Part shown: positions 50,803-63,477 of the stretch, in pieces
Numbering within the stretch: the first letter of the stretch is position 1
Layout: each line of letters opens with the position of its first letter
Assembly: GCF_000002075.1 (NCBI RefSeq)
Contig: NW_004797395.1
Coordinates: forward strand, 912,521 to 976,520
Source: Aplysia californica
Lineage: Eukaryota
Direction of reading: 5' to 3'
DNA length: 64,000 nucleotides
Program-made: the position numbers and the translations under genes
The notes under the pieces: generated by a model
Told to the model about the DNA's origin: nothing
The model's input: only the letters and a program-made list of their open reading frames with translations
Database searches by the model: none

Positions 50803-52160
50803 GGCAGCTCTAGTCACAGCAATGATCTCGCCAGCCTTGAGAAAGAGGACATTCTGTTGACCTAATCTCACCGAGTCCATACCCATTTAAGTAACATTAC
50901 TGGGTTACTCTTAAACTTCTTCCGATGTCCGGGATCCAAATGCCAGCGCTACCAGCTAGTAAATTCCTTCGTTTATTTCCTCTCCCCTGCAACGGCGCTA
51001 TTTAAGTAAACCTTGGCCTTGGCGTAATAGTCCTACAAATTAGGATAGGCGGAAAGCTTTAGGAGCTCTTTGCTATCTCCACGATCTTAGCTCGTGGTTT
51101 CCATTACAAGTAATATTTTTATGTGACCTCGTTTCTTAGAAGCACGAGTGAAGGGCGAGGGAGACGTTTAAAAAATTGATAGGATTAAACATTGTTGTTA
51201 CAGAGCTGCTCGTTATCTTAGTTTGAAGGAGGTGACAGATGGTGTGTTCGTACAGTCGGGGGCGTGCAATGGGTTCGCGACGAGTAGGCTAGATTANNNN
51301 NNNNNNNNNNNNNNNNNNNNNNNNNNNNNNNNNNNNNNNNNNNNNNNNNNNNNNNNNNNNNNNNNNNNNNNNNNNNNNNNNNNNNNNNNNNNNNNNNNNN
51401 NNNNNNNNNNNNNNNNNNNNNNNNNNNNNNNNNNATGGTGACTACAATGATGATGATGATGATGATGATGACGAGGAAGAGCCAGCAAACAAACAAACAA
51501 GCAAACAGATAAACAAACAAAACAAACCAAAAAAATCCTGTAAAGACGAAAAGAAGATAAAGTAAGCATACCTATATAATCACACATGAACATTGATATT
51601 ATGCATCGGAGATATATCGCCAAGCACGCTCATTACGAAATCGGCGAGACGCGGAAATCCTTTCGCTGTGTACAAATTTTGTTATCTACGAATTCAAAGC
51701 TATAGGGGAGATGGACAAAGTGGTACAAAATTAATGGATCAAAATTTTACTTGAACCATGCCCCTTATGTCACACCAACATGCGCGTTGGGTTCATAGTC
51801 ACGTAAACATTGTACAGATTTACGTTTCTGACATCGATGGTTTATCCTTCTCTGAGAGGATCAGCCCTTTTTACTCGACCAAGAAGCCTCTTCGCTTCAC
51901 TTGTTCCGCCATGGTCCATTCTCTACTGAAACTTCACCTAGGCCTAAATAATTATTCAGAACACTTTCAAGCTGTTGCTTAGTGTCGTGTGTAATCTATT
52001 GAAGCAGAAGCTTGCCTTCACGCGACCGCAAACTGCTCACACGCTACTGAAATAAGCTGGCTGAATATTTTACATCTGAATACTTCTCTAACCATGATGT
52101 ATACAATAACGCGTCCTTAGCCTATGTTATTGCGCTCAACTTAAAGAGAGTACGTGGAAT

Positions 52161-52205
<45 letters not shown>

Positions 52206-53680
52206 NNNNNNNNNNNNNNNNNNNNNNNNNNNNNNNNNNNNNNNNNNNNNNNNNNNNNNNNNNNNNNNNNNNNNNNNNNNNNNNNNNNNNNNNNNNNNNN
52301 NNNNNNNNNNNNNNNNNNNNNNNNNNNNNNNNNNNNNNNNNNNNNNNNNNNNNNNNNNNNNNNNNNNNNNNNNNNNNNNNNNNNNNNNNNNNNNNNNNNN
52401 NNNNNNNNNNNNNNNNNNNNNNNNNNNCCCAATCTCTCTGTCTCTGTCTGTCTCTGAACGAAATTTGTGATTGTGTTTGATAAAACCTACCATCACTCAC
52501 CATTTTTCCCCCCCTTTGCTCGAATTGTTTAATTTTGCTAGATCTATGTGTGGGTTTTGAATCTAAAGACTATAATATATATTTTCAATCGGGACCTGAG
52601 AGTGAGGCAGCCTCCAAGTCCAATATAAAGGGGAATACCCCTCCCCCCCCCCCCCCTTCTTTTTCCCCTAGCGAGGCAATACCACCTATACGTCACAATA
52701 ATAATATTATAGACTCTATCACGTGTCTACTTTTTTTTATTGTTCTGATTTGGTGAGGTCGGTTCCGAAAAAATATGGTGTGAAGATCTATTTTTGAACA
52801 ATCTATTTGAGCAAGCCCACAGAAGAGCTTGACTGTGGGAACTTGAAAGAATATAATATTTTCAAGTAGCGATACCTGAAAGTATGCAGTCGTGAGATTT
52901 ACCAAATGTGGACCAATTTGGATAGGCCTACCCCTTAAATAGAGAGTCGACTCTCCCTCTCCCACGAACTCTGGCGTCAGCAAAATTTTTTGGGCTTCGC
53001 CCTAGAAAACCAAGTGTGGCCTTCTCGGTTTCGCCTCTGCTCTGAAGAGCTGAGTGACCTCGTGACCTGTCACTGTTAGCTCTGGCTAGACATTAGTCTG
53101 ATCTCCAGCTTTAGCAGTGACCTACCTCTGACCCGGTCAGCTTGAATACATTAAAAGTCTTGCCATGGATTCGGTTGACTCTCATTCTTATAGGCAGGGA
53201 ACATAAGAAATTCTGTCAGGTTTCGCAGTTTGTCTTTTCCCTACAGCCAGGGCAGGGGACTTTATTGATTTTTCAAGCCAGGGAAATAACAAGGTTTGTT
53301 TCTCTTCCAACCTTATAGTGCTTCCCATGAAGCTTAACTATTGTTTGGGACTTTTGAAAGTGCATGTTTGATGGTAGACTCAAATTAATAATTTTAAAAA
53401 AAATCATTTTTAAACTCTACCCCTCCCCTTTTTTGTGTTCCATTAAGAGCAGGATCGATAAAATAACTAAAAGTGCCTACAATTTCATCGCTCTTACGCT
53501 CTTTCTGGTCTAGATCTATAATTGCTGCTGTCCATATATGGCAGTGTTCATTCTTTTTCCTGTTGCTGCTGCTTCTGCGATTAATAAATGTAGCCTACAT
53601 CGAGTCCTAGGTGTGCGCTGCCTACGTTCAATAATTTTTGGAAATGCTATAGATTATAATGTAGGTCTATATAAAATATG

Positions 53681-53722
<42 letters not shown>

Positions 53723-53734
53723 CACACCACAAAA

Positions 53735-56700
53735 ACACAGAGGCACACAGGCGCTCGCGCTCGCTATACATTCTTTTTTTTAAACATAATAGGGGCTGCA
53801 GATTGGTGTATGAAATTTGACTGAAGCGAAGGTAAAGTCTTAGGTGCCATTCGTTTGTTCGAATATTATAAAGAAAAACTGTCATAATTTAGTAGTGGTG
53901 AAAGAAAGATAAAAAGAAATTTTTAACAGAAAATTTTAAAAACGAATATAATAAGAGTAGGACCTGCACCAGTCAGTCACCCGATACAGAAGTACATGTG
54001 ACTCTATGATGTTGTCCGTTTGTTCTAGTATAGAGGGGCACATCGACAGAATATCAGTAATGACTAAACGTGTCAGGGAGCAGAAAACGGGGCAAACAGA
54101 AGCAAGAGACCGCTAAGAAGGGAATATGACCTACATGTAGTTCAGTGCAGTCACCCAGTGGCCTACAGTGTCGAAATCTGTAAGAAATTAAATGTGCGAC
54201 TACTGCGTACTTGGTCCACTAAAGTCAAACATGTAGGCCTATGTATATTTTATATATATAAATAAAACAATCGCCTGTACAAACGGTCACTTCCCATTTC
54301 CCTGCTGCATTTGTTTACATTTTAGTAGCACTGCGTGTAAGAGAATCTTTTCATATTAAACATTAAAGTGCCCAGAAAAAAAAGTCGAAAGTAAAACCAC
54401 GAAATCAACATGACACTGGTGGCTGACACGTAAAGAGCCACTGTGTCGCACAGACGTTTTCTAAAGTGACCCTAGTCTTTAGTTTCAACCAATTAAGTAC
54501 AAAGAGAGACGTAGGACTACCCGTAGACAAACTCTTTTATTTTTATTTTTTAGTCAGTGTTTTACGGCGCTCGCAACTGCATAAGGTGATATGAGCGTTT
54601 AGATAGACTGCCCTTACATTTCCATCCATACACTCAGATGAGTTATGTATGTTGTTCTGTCATCATGCGAACAAACTACACTGTTATTAAAGGAGCAATT
54701 AATGCGTTGGGTATGACACACACGCATAAAAGGCCTAGCTTAACGAAAAACCCAACTCCATTCGTGCCTTCTATTCACCTTCAGTACCATTTCAAATAGT
54801 TTCGCCTGAATTTCCCGACAACGCTATTTTCATAACAACAGTCCAGACAACCAAAAAATCTTTGGCTGAATTAGATTTACTCTGTTATGCACGCTTGTCG
54901 TATTTAGATTTTTATTCGTAGCCACCCTGCAGAACATGTGTACCGCAACTCTATACTTTTGAAAGGAATGCAAATCATTATGATTGTATTGAAACCAGTA
55001 AAAAAAACTTCACGTTCTCTATGCATGTGCAGCACTTACTTTGAAAAGCGCATTGTATTTTCAGTACGGAAATTCATTGAATTGAAAACAAAAGACCTCT
55101 CCAGGAAACTTCAAAAAGGGACAATTTAAATTTTACTTGCAATAGTATGAGAGTCGGTACAACTGTTGCATCCATGACATTAAATAACGCGCTGAAAATG
55201 AGAAGTAACGCACTGCGCACCATGCTTTGGCCTACTTTTCTCTTCTGTCCCGCCTTGTGTGAGCAGACTGAGAAAGCCACTTAACTGATTTCATCAGCCT
55301 TCTATTTTTGCATTATCAACGTATCGTTCAGAATTGGTCATCAAGGTCTTTATAATATTTAGACCAGGATGTGAAACGTGTCCTTAACACAATGGTCAGA
55401 TTTAAAGAACACGTTGCATTCGGTGCCACCAAGGACGCAAATATATAAAGGTACTAGGTGCCATAAATATAGATGCATGAACATCATCATCACTGCCTTT
55501 CTCACCCTGTTTGAGGGTATAGGTCACGAACAATTGCCTTCCTTCTTTCTTTATCTCGTGTTCGCCTCTTGATGTTATTCTAAAATACATGGGGAAATCG
55601 TGAAAACATTATCTTTTTTCCTTCCAGCAATTTCTGTGATTTCGGGATTTTATACTTCATATTATCACATCATTCATATCAACCTCTAAAAATGACTGAC
55701 AGTACTGCGGATAACGGAGCTGGAGCCTGCTGGGTGGCTATGGTATTGCTTGGGGTTCTTGCAGTATTCTGTTTTGCACCCGAGGTGGCCAAGGTCAATG
55801 ATCAGTGTTGCGACACAGAGGGAGAGGGTTGTCAGGAGGACGGTGAGTTTGATGGAGGGATTATCATAACGCTCGCTGAATACATGTTTGTGTGTGTTGG
55901 TGGGTGGGGGGGGAGGGGGGTTACGGGTGTGTCTGCGTGTATGTCTGTTTGTTTGTCTGTCTGTGTGTGTGTGTGTGTGTGAGAGTGAGAGAGAGAGATT
56001 GAGAGGGGGGGGGTAGAACGGTATACTCTGAAAGGGACAATGTGTCGGGGAAGAAGACAGGAAAACACGTTTTGCAAAGCTATTTGATTTAGAGACCGCG
56101 AGGAATTCTGGGTGTTGTTAAAAACCAGGTTAAGCAATGCTGAAGGTGACACTGACAACAGTCGCTTATTTGGGTGGGTACTGCTTCCTCAAGCAAGGCC
56201 TTTCATATAACCACCCAAAGATTCGTGCGTCGTGTCTTACTGCGGCCCACTATGAAGCTGACTGTAACTGATGTTTTAGAACGTGAGCTTTTTTTTCTTT
56301 TTAATGTGAATCTCGCATATTTCTACGCGCATGACAACGTAAAACAAATTTCTGCACGGAGAAGATAAAGTTATCTAGTATATCTTTATTTTTCTCTGGG
56401 CGTTCTTTTATTTTTGGGGGTAGCGGGAAGTGTTGAAGATCAGGAGAAGAGCACAAGAGCTCAAAGAAACACACAACTCCATCTCAGACCAGGCGAATCT
56501 TCTGGCACTCATATGACCTTATGCAGTTGCGAGCGCCGTAAAACCTCTACTAAAACAAACAAACAAGACCAGACGAGTCTGGAAATATTATGACTCATGA
56601 TTCGAATCCTCAGCTACGTTCTTCAGCTACTGTTCGTTTTTAGTTATAGTACGAGTTTTACAGCACATGCAATTCAACCAGGCCATGATACAAGTGCTGA

Positions 56701-57291
56701 GGATTAGATGTCTTACTAGAGAGTAACATACAAATAGAAGAACGAGGGGAGGTAGAGACGATATGTTTGATAGGAAAATTTTTTTATTTAAAAAGCAAAC
56801 CCCACTAGATCTATATCACCTGGCAACCACCCACTTCATACCGTTCATAAATTTAGTTTCCGCGAGGGTCCAATCTAGAGTCTGAATCTGCGGAATCGAG
56901 TACAGCTCTCTCTATCTCGGCGCTTCCCCCCCACACACACGCACCCCGCACCACCCCCCTGTCAGCCCACCTCCTGACAAGCAGTTAGAGATTTCCTTTG
57001 ATCTTGCCGCCTTCCAGAGCACCTTACCTAGATGAGTTTCCTTTGATCTTCGTTCGGTTTGGCTTTTCTTTTCCCCTACCTTTCAGCCGCTCTCCTCATT
57101 CGTTTATTATCACCCTCTCATCTACCAACATACTTCGACCTCCGTGCCCGCCCGGCGCTCACAATGTCTGTCTTTCTCTCTATCATCAATATGTTGGACC
57201 CTGCCCCGTGATCTGAGTGTGTCTGTGTCTCTTACACGCACACATTCATGTACGCGCCCACGCACGCACGCATTACAAACAAACACACACA

Positions 57292-57332
<41 letters not shown>

Positions 57333-57334
57333 AG
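53735..57334 (+). repeat. 3.6-kb duplicated segment, copy 2
   Basis: Near-identical to 42848-46448. Confidence 0.95.
55692..55842 (+). CDS. Same candidate exon, copy 2 (within 3.6 kb duplication)
   Basis: Identical to 44806-44956; acceptor ends 55627. Confidence 0.4.
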
Positions 57335-57744
57335 ANNNNNNNNNNNNNNNNNNNNNNNNNNNNNNNNNNNNNNNNNNNNNNNNNNNNNNNNNNNNNNNNN
57401 NNNNNNNNNNNNNNNNNNNNNNNNNNNNNNNNNNNGGTTGGGGGGGGTGTGCTGAAACTATCGTGCCGAATCTTTATCGCTGTGTAGCATTAATTTTATG
57501 ATAATAGTTGGTTTATGACATGATCTATGAGAGAAGAAAGTGAATTTTAAAAGCTTTCCTGAAGATTTAAAAAAATAATTAATTACATGCGGGCTAGGAT
57601 ATGATTAACACTTGCAAATAATGTAGTGCACGCTCATACTCAAAAATATTTTCCCAGTTGGGGCAACTCAGCCACCCAGCTTTGAGAGTGACTATTCGAA
57701 TTAATAGTTGTGGGTTTTATAAATACTATGGTGATGTTGTGCAG

Positions 57745-57884
57745 GGTCGCTGACTGGTGTGAAGCCATCACTCAACCGAAATTTAGGCACAAGGCCAAAC
57801 GACAGTACAAATGAATTTTTCACTGCTGACTACTGCCTTCGTCGTCTTTCCTCATTTCCTCCCGGCGCCCGGCACAGCTGTTGA
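57745..57884 (+). CDS. Possible terminal exon of the unknown small protein (GSLTGVKPSLNRNLGTRPNDSTNEFFTADYCLRRLSSFPPGARHSC*)
   Basis: tgttgtgcag| acceptor; phase-1 frame stays open 45 codons to TGA; weak support. Confidence 0.22.
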
Positions 57885-58149
57885 GCAAACCTTGTCTTAC
57901 TTTTTAAGTCTGTTTACTTTGCCACCAAAGTGTGTATTCTTTGCCGATAGGTAAGGTAATGCGTTTTGAGTACATCGAGACTTATCGCAAAGAGCTTTTG
58001 TCATTGTGATGAACTTGATGAGAAGTCTTCCTTTTCTCTTTGATAAACACTCAGAGCTCTTAAATGACTTCGTAAGACTGACCTGGTTTATCGTTCCGCT
58101 CCATCGGGCAAGGCCAGTCTTACCGAGCCGAAGTGACGACATTGACGAT

Positions 58150-59200
58150 TCGGGCTAGAGTCAGAATAGACAAAAAAAATTATATTCGGACTCTGAATTG
58201 AGTCCAGCATGAAGTTCATTCCGATTTCCGACCGTTGCTCCTAAATATTTCCTGCATTTATGATTTTTTTTTCGATTAATAACAATAGGCCGTCGTTATT
58301 CGGAGTCCGAATAACATTTTTTCATATTCGGACTCGAGTCCGAATTTACTCGGGTCCTGAAAAAAGGAAGTGTCTTCGTTCTATAGATTTAACATTCAGT
58401 GCTTCCAATTTTCCGCCATTTTTTAGTTTCCCCCACACCTTTTCTGTCGATCCGATGCCCGCCCCCTCATTGATACGCCCCCCCCCCCCCCCCCATGTTT
58501 CCCACTTTCTTTGTTGAAAAAAAAAGGTAAAATTGAAGATTAGCAGACCACCTGGCACCTGCATATTATGAGCTGTGTAAAAAAAAATAGACCGATTCGT
58601 TCAAATACACAAGCCTTTGTCATATCGATTGTTTACCAAGAAAAAGTTGTGTTGCTGTGTAGAGCTGAGCATACGGAAACTTTTGATTCCATAGACCAGC
58701 GCACAATTCATTACGTAGATCTACGTCAAGACTAGCTTATTATTGTAATAATGATCAGTTGCCGGGGGGAAAAAGACTGACGCGTATACGACGTTCAACG
58801 CCCGGACCGATAGTGCCCCCCTCCCCGACACGCACACAGCCACACGTGTGCAGGCCGCCCATCCGACCCCGACACATGCTAACGAGCCATCTTTAATTGC
58901 TTTTGATGACCTCTTGACAAATAAACATTTATTAGAAGCGCTATAACTTTTCAGGCCGGCCCCAAATTCATCGTAAGATTAAAACTCGGCTCCTAGTGTA
59001 CAAAATGCCTTTTTGCCCGAAGTGATCCCGGTCTCTACCCAGCCTGAGGCGAGTCACGAATGAGGCAGGACAGGAAGCCGGATTCATGAGTCACAGGAAG
59101 TCGGAAGTGATGTCATGCTGGACAAGAATCAGAGTCCGAATAACATTTTTTCATATTCGGACTCGAGTCCGAATAGTCACTTCGTATTAACTATCAAGAC
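58150..59200. mobile_element. Palindrome-bearing non-autonomous element (GGACTCGAGTCC type)
   Basis: Direct repeat GAGTCCGAATAACATTTTTTCATATTCGGACTCGAGTCCGAAT at ~58303 and ~59132; AATAGGCCGTCGTTATTC shared with 5705. Confidence 0.5.
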
Positions 59201-59267
59201 GTGAGTTTTAATATCCAGTTAATAATCACTAATCATAACATATCTAGATTTTCTAGATGGAAGTGGT

Positions 59268-60012
59268 TATTCTCACCCGTCTCACCCGGGGTGAGAATAG
59301 AAATACGATCGACCTCTCACCCCGGGTGAGACTTGCTACTGTAGGCTATTCTCACCCAGTGTGAAACAAGACCTGTTTTTCCTAATTTCGGAATACTTTC
59401 TATCGATGTAGATGATCAAATGGATAAAGGCAAAGAAAAGATTACGTTTATAGCACAAAAAAGGAAGCAAATTTTATCGACTACAAAGATGCTATGGCTA
59501 TTTCACTTTTCGAATCGAGCCGAACTACGGGGGTCGCCATTTTGTTTTGCCCGGAAGTTCTCGCAAGATCTACTCCTCCCCTCTTCTCTCTCTCTGTTTC
59601 TTTCTGAATACTGTCTATCGGTGTGGACGATCAAATTGACCAAAACAAAGTTAAAAAATGATGTTAAAACACAAAAGTAAATTAATTTGGTCGTCTACAA
59701 AGATGTTACGGCTATTTAACTTTTCGAATCGAGCCGAACTACACAGGTCGCCATTTTGTTTTGCCCGAAAGTTCTCGCGTTACTCCTCTCTCTCTCTCTT
59801 TCTCTCTCTCCACTGCCCACAGACAAAATTGTACGCTTTTAGTAATGGAACGTTTGTTCACGGCACAGAATTCTACAATTTTTCTGTTATCACAGTGCAG
59901 AATTCTGTGGTTTAGGGTGAATGCAAAATTGATTGGCTATAATGGTGAACGCGCACCGGGTGAGAATAGCCAAAAGACTCGCCTGCACTGTTCTCACCCG
60001 GGGTGAGAATAG
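59268..60012. mobile_element. Palindrome-bearing non-autonomous element with internal ~210-bp direct repeat
   Basis: Multiple TCTCACCC(C)GGG(G)TGAGA palindromes at both ends; inverted GGCTATTCTCACCCAGTG / CACCGGGTGAGAATAGCC; internal repeat at 59481 and 59695. Confidence 0.55.
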
Positions 60013-61282
60013 AGGTGGCCTTTCTAGATCTAGATCAGATCTTGATTTAGATTTATCTAAACTGACCCTCGAACCTGCATCATTCATATGAACAGAACAA
60101 ACAAGTTGAGTTTAGTGTCTTTCACAGGTTAAATGGGACATTTTAAATACTTGTTCAAAAAGAACATGGATATGCCTGATATATATTATACAGATCTAGA
60201 TCTATATATGCTGGATATATGTATGAAGAAAAACGAAGTGACTATTTCTCCGACGGCTCGGGAAAATAAAGTTGAACTTTATTTCTCCGAACGGTTTCTG
60301 ATTTCGAGATTTTTTGGTGTTATTTGCCAGATTTAGACGTCATCTTTGATTCTGCCTTTCTGCGAGGACTGGAAGGAAGCATTTTTTGCATCAAATTCAA
60401 TTTCTAGAGCTAGAGATTCTTAAATGTATGATGAATATTCAGATATTTCAATTGTGGTTGGGACAACGTTCCCGGACCATACTTCATTTGAAAATACCGT
60501 CAAAAGGTGCTGCGAGAAAACAAGACTGCCCGACCTTGGCAGTAACCTATTTTGCTTTTTGTCACCCAGCAAAAACTAAAATCCTTCATGTAAAAAAAAA
60601 AAGATCCCTTCAATTTATTTTCCCGAATGTTCAGAGAAATAGAGCCGGCCGAAGAAAAAAGTAGGCTACATCTAGAGCAACATTTATCGTAGTGGAATAA
60701 CTTTGCTTTTTTCTGTCTCTACAGATTCTTGTGCTTGCTTATAATGTTCAGGTTGCATTGGTCTTTATTTTGTATCCTGCTGCTGTGATTATAAATTTAA
60801 GTATTAGGAAAGGACAATATTTTGTGCTCTGTTGAGATATAAACCTGACTTAGGTGTTTGATATGACTTTGCTGTTGGGTCTTGGCATTTTTTTGTGTTT
60901 TGACTGTGGCATTCTCAGTCGGCCCTGGTTTACAGTAATGTTAGTTATTTCATATTTTTGCCTCTTTGCTGGGGTCTTATTTTATATACAGTATCTAAAT
61001 AATTCATTTTGTCTTGCTGATTGCATATCTTGTGTTAAAACAGGTCATTTCAAGGGCAGGGCACATTGATATTTTTTTTCAAACATGAAAATAATGGGCT
61101 TAATTTTGATTATTTTCTATCTAGCTTTGTGACATTTTTGGGGGTCTTTTTTAACTTAAGTTTCCAGAGTAACAAATATGAAAAAGAAAGGTTATGAAAT
61201 TACCATTTTGTGAACCTTAGGAAATGGAGGGCAAAGTCATTTCACCTTTTTCTGACGTAGTTTATCTTGTTCTGTTTTTCAG

Positions 61283-61457
61283 AAGTAAGACAAGTCATGG
61301 CTGCGTACTGGAAAGAACACTCCAAGCAGGGTTCAGTAGAAGAGATGATGCTGGACAATACTGCAGAGGAGCTGTCGAAAGAAGAACTCCCAGAAATACT
61401 TTCCTATTTACCTGAGTATGCTGGCAAAGATGTCATTGAGCTTGGAGCTGGCATTGG
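61283..61457 (+). CDS. PMT: PEAMT exon ([34 protein letters not shown])
   Basis: tttttcag| acceptor, GG|GTATAT donor; SAM-binding motif I ELGAGIG. Confidence 0.93.
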
Positions 61458-63477
61458 GTATATAGATTTTATAGTGGTTGAGTTCTAATTTATACATAAT
61501 TACAGATATTTCAATTTTTGAAATAAGATCAAAATGTTTTATTGTGATATAAAGTCAAATGATTTTTTCCCCAATAAATTACTCAGAATGTTCAAAAATG
61601 AAAATAGAATTCTTCCTTTTATCCCTTTAGATCTATATGTTGATTATTTAGGTGAATTAAATTAGCCTTGCAGACTTGGGTGTCAATTGGGTGTTTTCTT
61701 GTGATTTATAAAATGGCTTTTGTGAAAAGGTTTTTATTGCTTTGATTGTGGATATTTTATATTTTCAAGTTGTTGTTTTTTTTTATCTTTTCAGACGATT
61801 CACAACAGAAATTGCAAAGAAAGCTAAAAGTGTTGCTGCTGTTGATTTTATGGAGGAATTCATCAACAAAAACAAAAAGACAAACCAGAATTTTAATAAT
61901 ATAGAATACGTGGTTGCAGATGTGACAAAATTGGATAGACCAAAAGAAAGGTAAATAATTTTTATATTTGTCTTTACCATGTAAATGTTTGCAAGAAAAG
62001 ACAGAAAATGTAGTTTAGAATACTAAGCTTAATATTTTGTGATGATTGTTAACACTTTGCTGTCACTTGGTCATTGGTGCAATAATGCGCCTGTGAAAAT
62101 GCCAAGCCAAACGGCGCCAGGCACGAGAAGTCCATTTCAGCCACTCTCCTGGTTGGGTGACTAGATGGGGTATATTGTACTGCTGGCTGTGTGACTGCAA
62201 AGTGTTAAAGTAAATTCCACTTTTTCTGCTGTAAACACCCTTCCCTTTTTCTGTGTGGTAGAAAGGGCCACAAAAGGGAATATTTTATGAGAGAAGAAAG
62301 TTATTTCTATAAATTGATCTCAATATAATCAAAGTAATTGTTTTGTTGTTCAACCAAACTTAAAATCTACTTTGGATCGAGCAAACTTGATGTCATTTTG
62401 CTTTTATCAATGTTGGATCTGTGGTTTTATGTGAGTTGTACAAATACTTTTGTATTGAAGTCAAGACTTTTAAAAATTACTCTTCAGTGCTGACCTCATC
62501 TTCTCCAACTGGTTGCTCATGTACTTGAATGACAACGAAGTTCAAGAGTTCTTCAGGAAACAGCTGAGCTGGCTGCGGCCAGGGGGTTATCTTTTCATCA
62601 GAGAGTCATGCAGACATCAGTCAGGTGAGCTTAATATTTTTAAAGAAGTGAAAGACGGAAAAGGGGTGGAGGGGGGGGGGGGGGGTAATAGGAGGGCGGA
62701 GGCTTCTTTATGTGAAGGTAAGAGGCGTGCATCTCATTCCAAAGTATTTTTACAGTATAAATAGTCAACAGAACCTCTGACAACAGGATATGGCTATCTG
62801 AAAGATGGGGGGGGGAGGGGGGGGGGGGGCTACTGTGCTCTCTGAGGAAAACAGGCCTATGTCTGTGGACTATGTCAAATGGACAAGAGCTGATTGATCA
62901 TGGAATTACAATAAGCAGAATATTATAGAGGGCTTGATTTGAACTAGGATTCGGCATCGGCTGTTGTCATGCATAAAAAACTTTCAAATATATCCATCTT
63001 ATATATACCATTTGCGATTAATGCTTTGTTGTGTCTTTTACTCTGTGAGTGAATGAAATGTATTCTAGACAAGTTTCTGTTGTAATGGAAAAGAACACTT
63101 TAGATTATTTTTATTATCTTTAGTTTTAGTAAGAGTTTTATGGCACTTGCAATTGCAACACAAATATAATAGATAATTTATAAATGCCTAAGATTAGACT
63201 TGTTACTAGAGAAGAACAAACAAAGAAAAAGAAGAGAGATAAGGACGATAGATGCTCGATAGGAAAGAAGTAGTAAATCACACCACAGCACCCGCCAACC
63301 ATCCACTTATTTTTCTCTTTATACACAGGAAATAAAGACAGGGGTGCAAACCCAACTGAATACAGAGACCCAGAGTTGTACGAGGCATTTTATTCTTCAA
63401 CCACCATGCCCTGTGATGAGAACAACTTCTACGGTTTTGATTTGGTTGTATCAAAGAGTGTGGACACGTATATCAAG
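61283..63477 (+). CDS. PMT: Phosphoethanolamine N-methyltransferase, 5' part (exons 61283-61457, 61795-61950, 62488-62624, 63329-63477); continues beyond window
   Basis: Spliced translation [74 protein letters not shown] matches the N-terminal SAM-dependent domain of PEAMT; canonical GT-AG introns, phases 2,2,1,0. Start is either ATG 61297 or an unlocated upstream exon. Confidence 0.93.
61795..61950 (+). CDS. PMT: PEAMT exon ([38 protein letters not shown])
   Basis: ttttcag| acceptor, AG|GTAAAT donor; post-I motif AVDF. Confidence 0.93.
62053..62204. mobile_element. Short TTAA-inserting MITE in PEAMT intron
   Basis: 14-bp TIR CACTTTGCTGTCAC / GTGACTGCAAAGTG (1 mismatch), TTAA on both sides. 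Confidence 0.7.
62488..62624 (+). CDS. PMT: PEAMT exon ([45 protein letters not shown])
   Basis: cttcag| acceptor, G|GTGAGC donor; [12 protein letters not shown] and L.PGG motifs. Confidence 0.95.
63124..63306 (-). mobile_element. Family X retroposon copy
   Basis: Reverse-complement similarity; abuts PEAMT exon acceptor. Confidence 0.7.
63329..63477 (+). CDS. PMT: PEAMT exon ([37 protein letters not shown])
   Basis: acacag| acceptor, AAG|GTATGG donor; NPT.YR motif. Missed by the ORF track. Confidence 0.92.

Noticed and set aside
50635-50886. Poly-Leu / poly-Ser ORFs
   Set aside because: Products of a trinucleotide microsatellite; no splice or homology support.
38410-57501. ORF-track entries containing X runs or VC/HT/RE/LS dipeptide repeats
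   Set aside because: Artefacts of N gaps and dinucleotide microsatellites.
60725-60751. First coding exon of PEAMT (ATGTTCAG|GT)
   Set aside because: Phase 2 does not match the phase-1 entry of the 61283 exon; at most a UTR exon.
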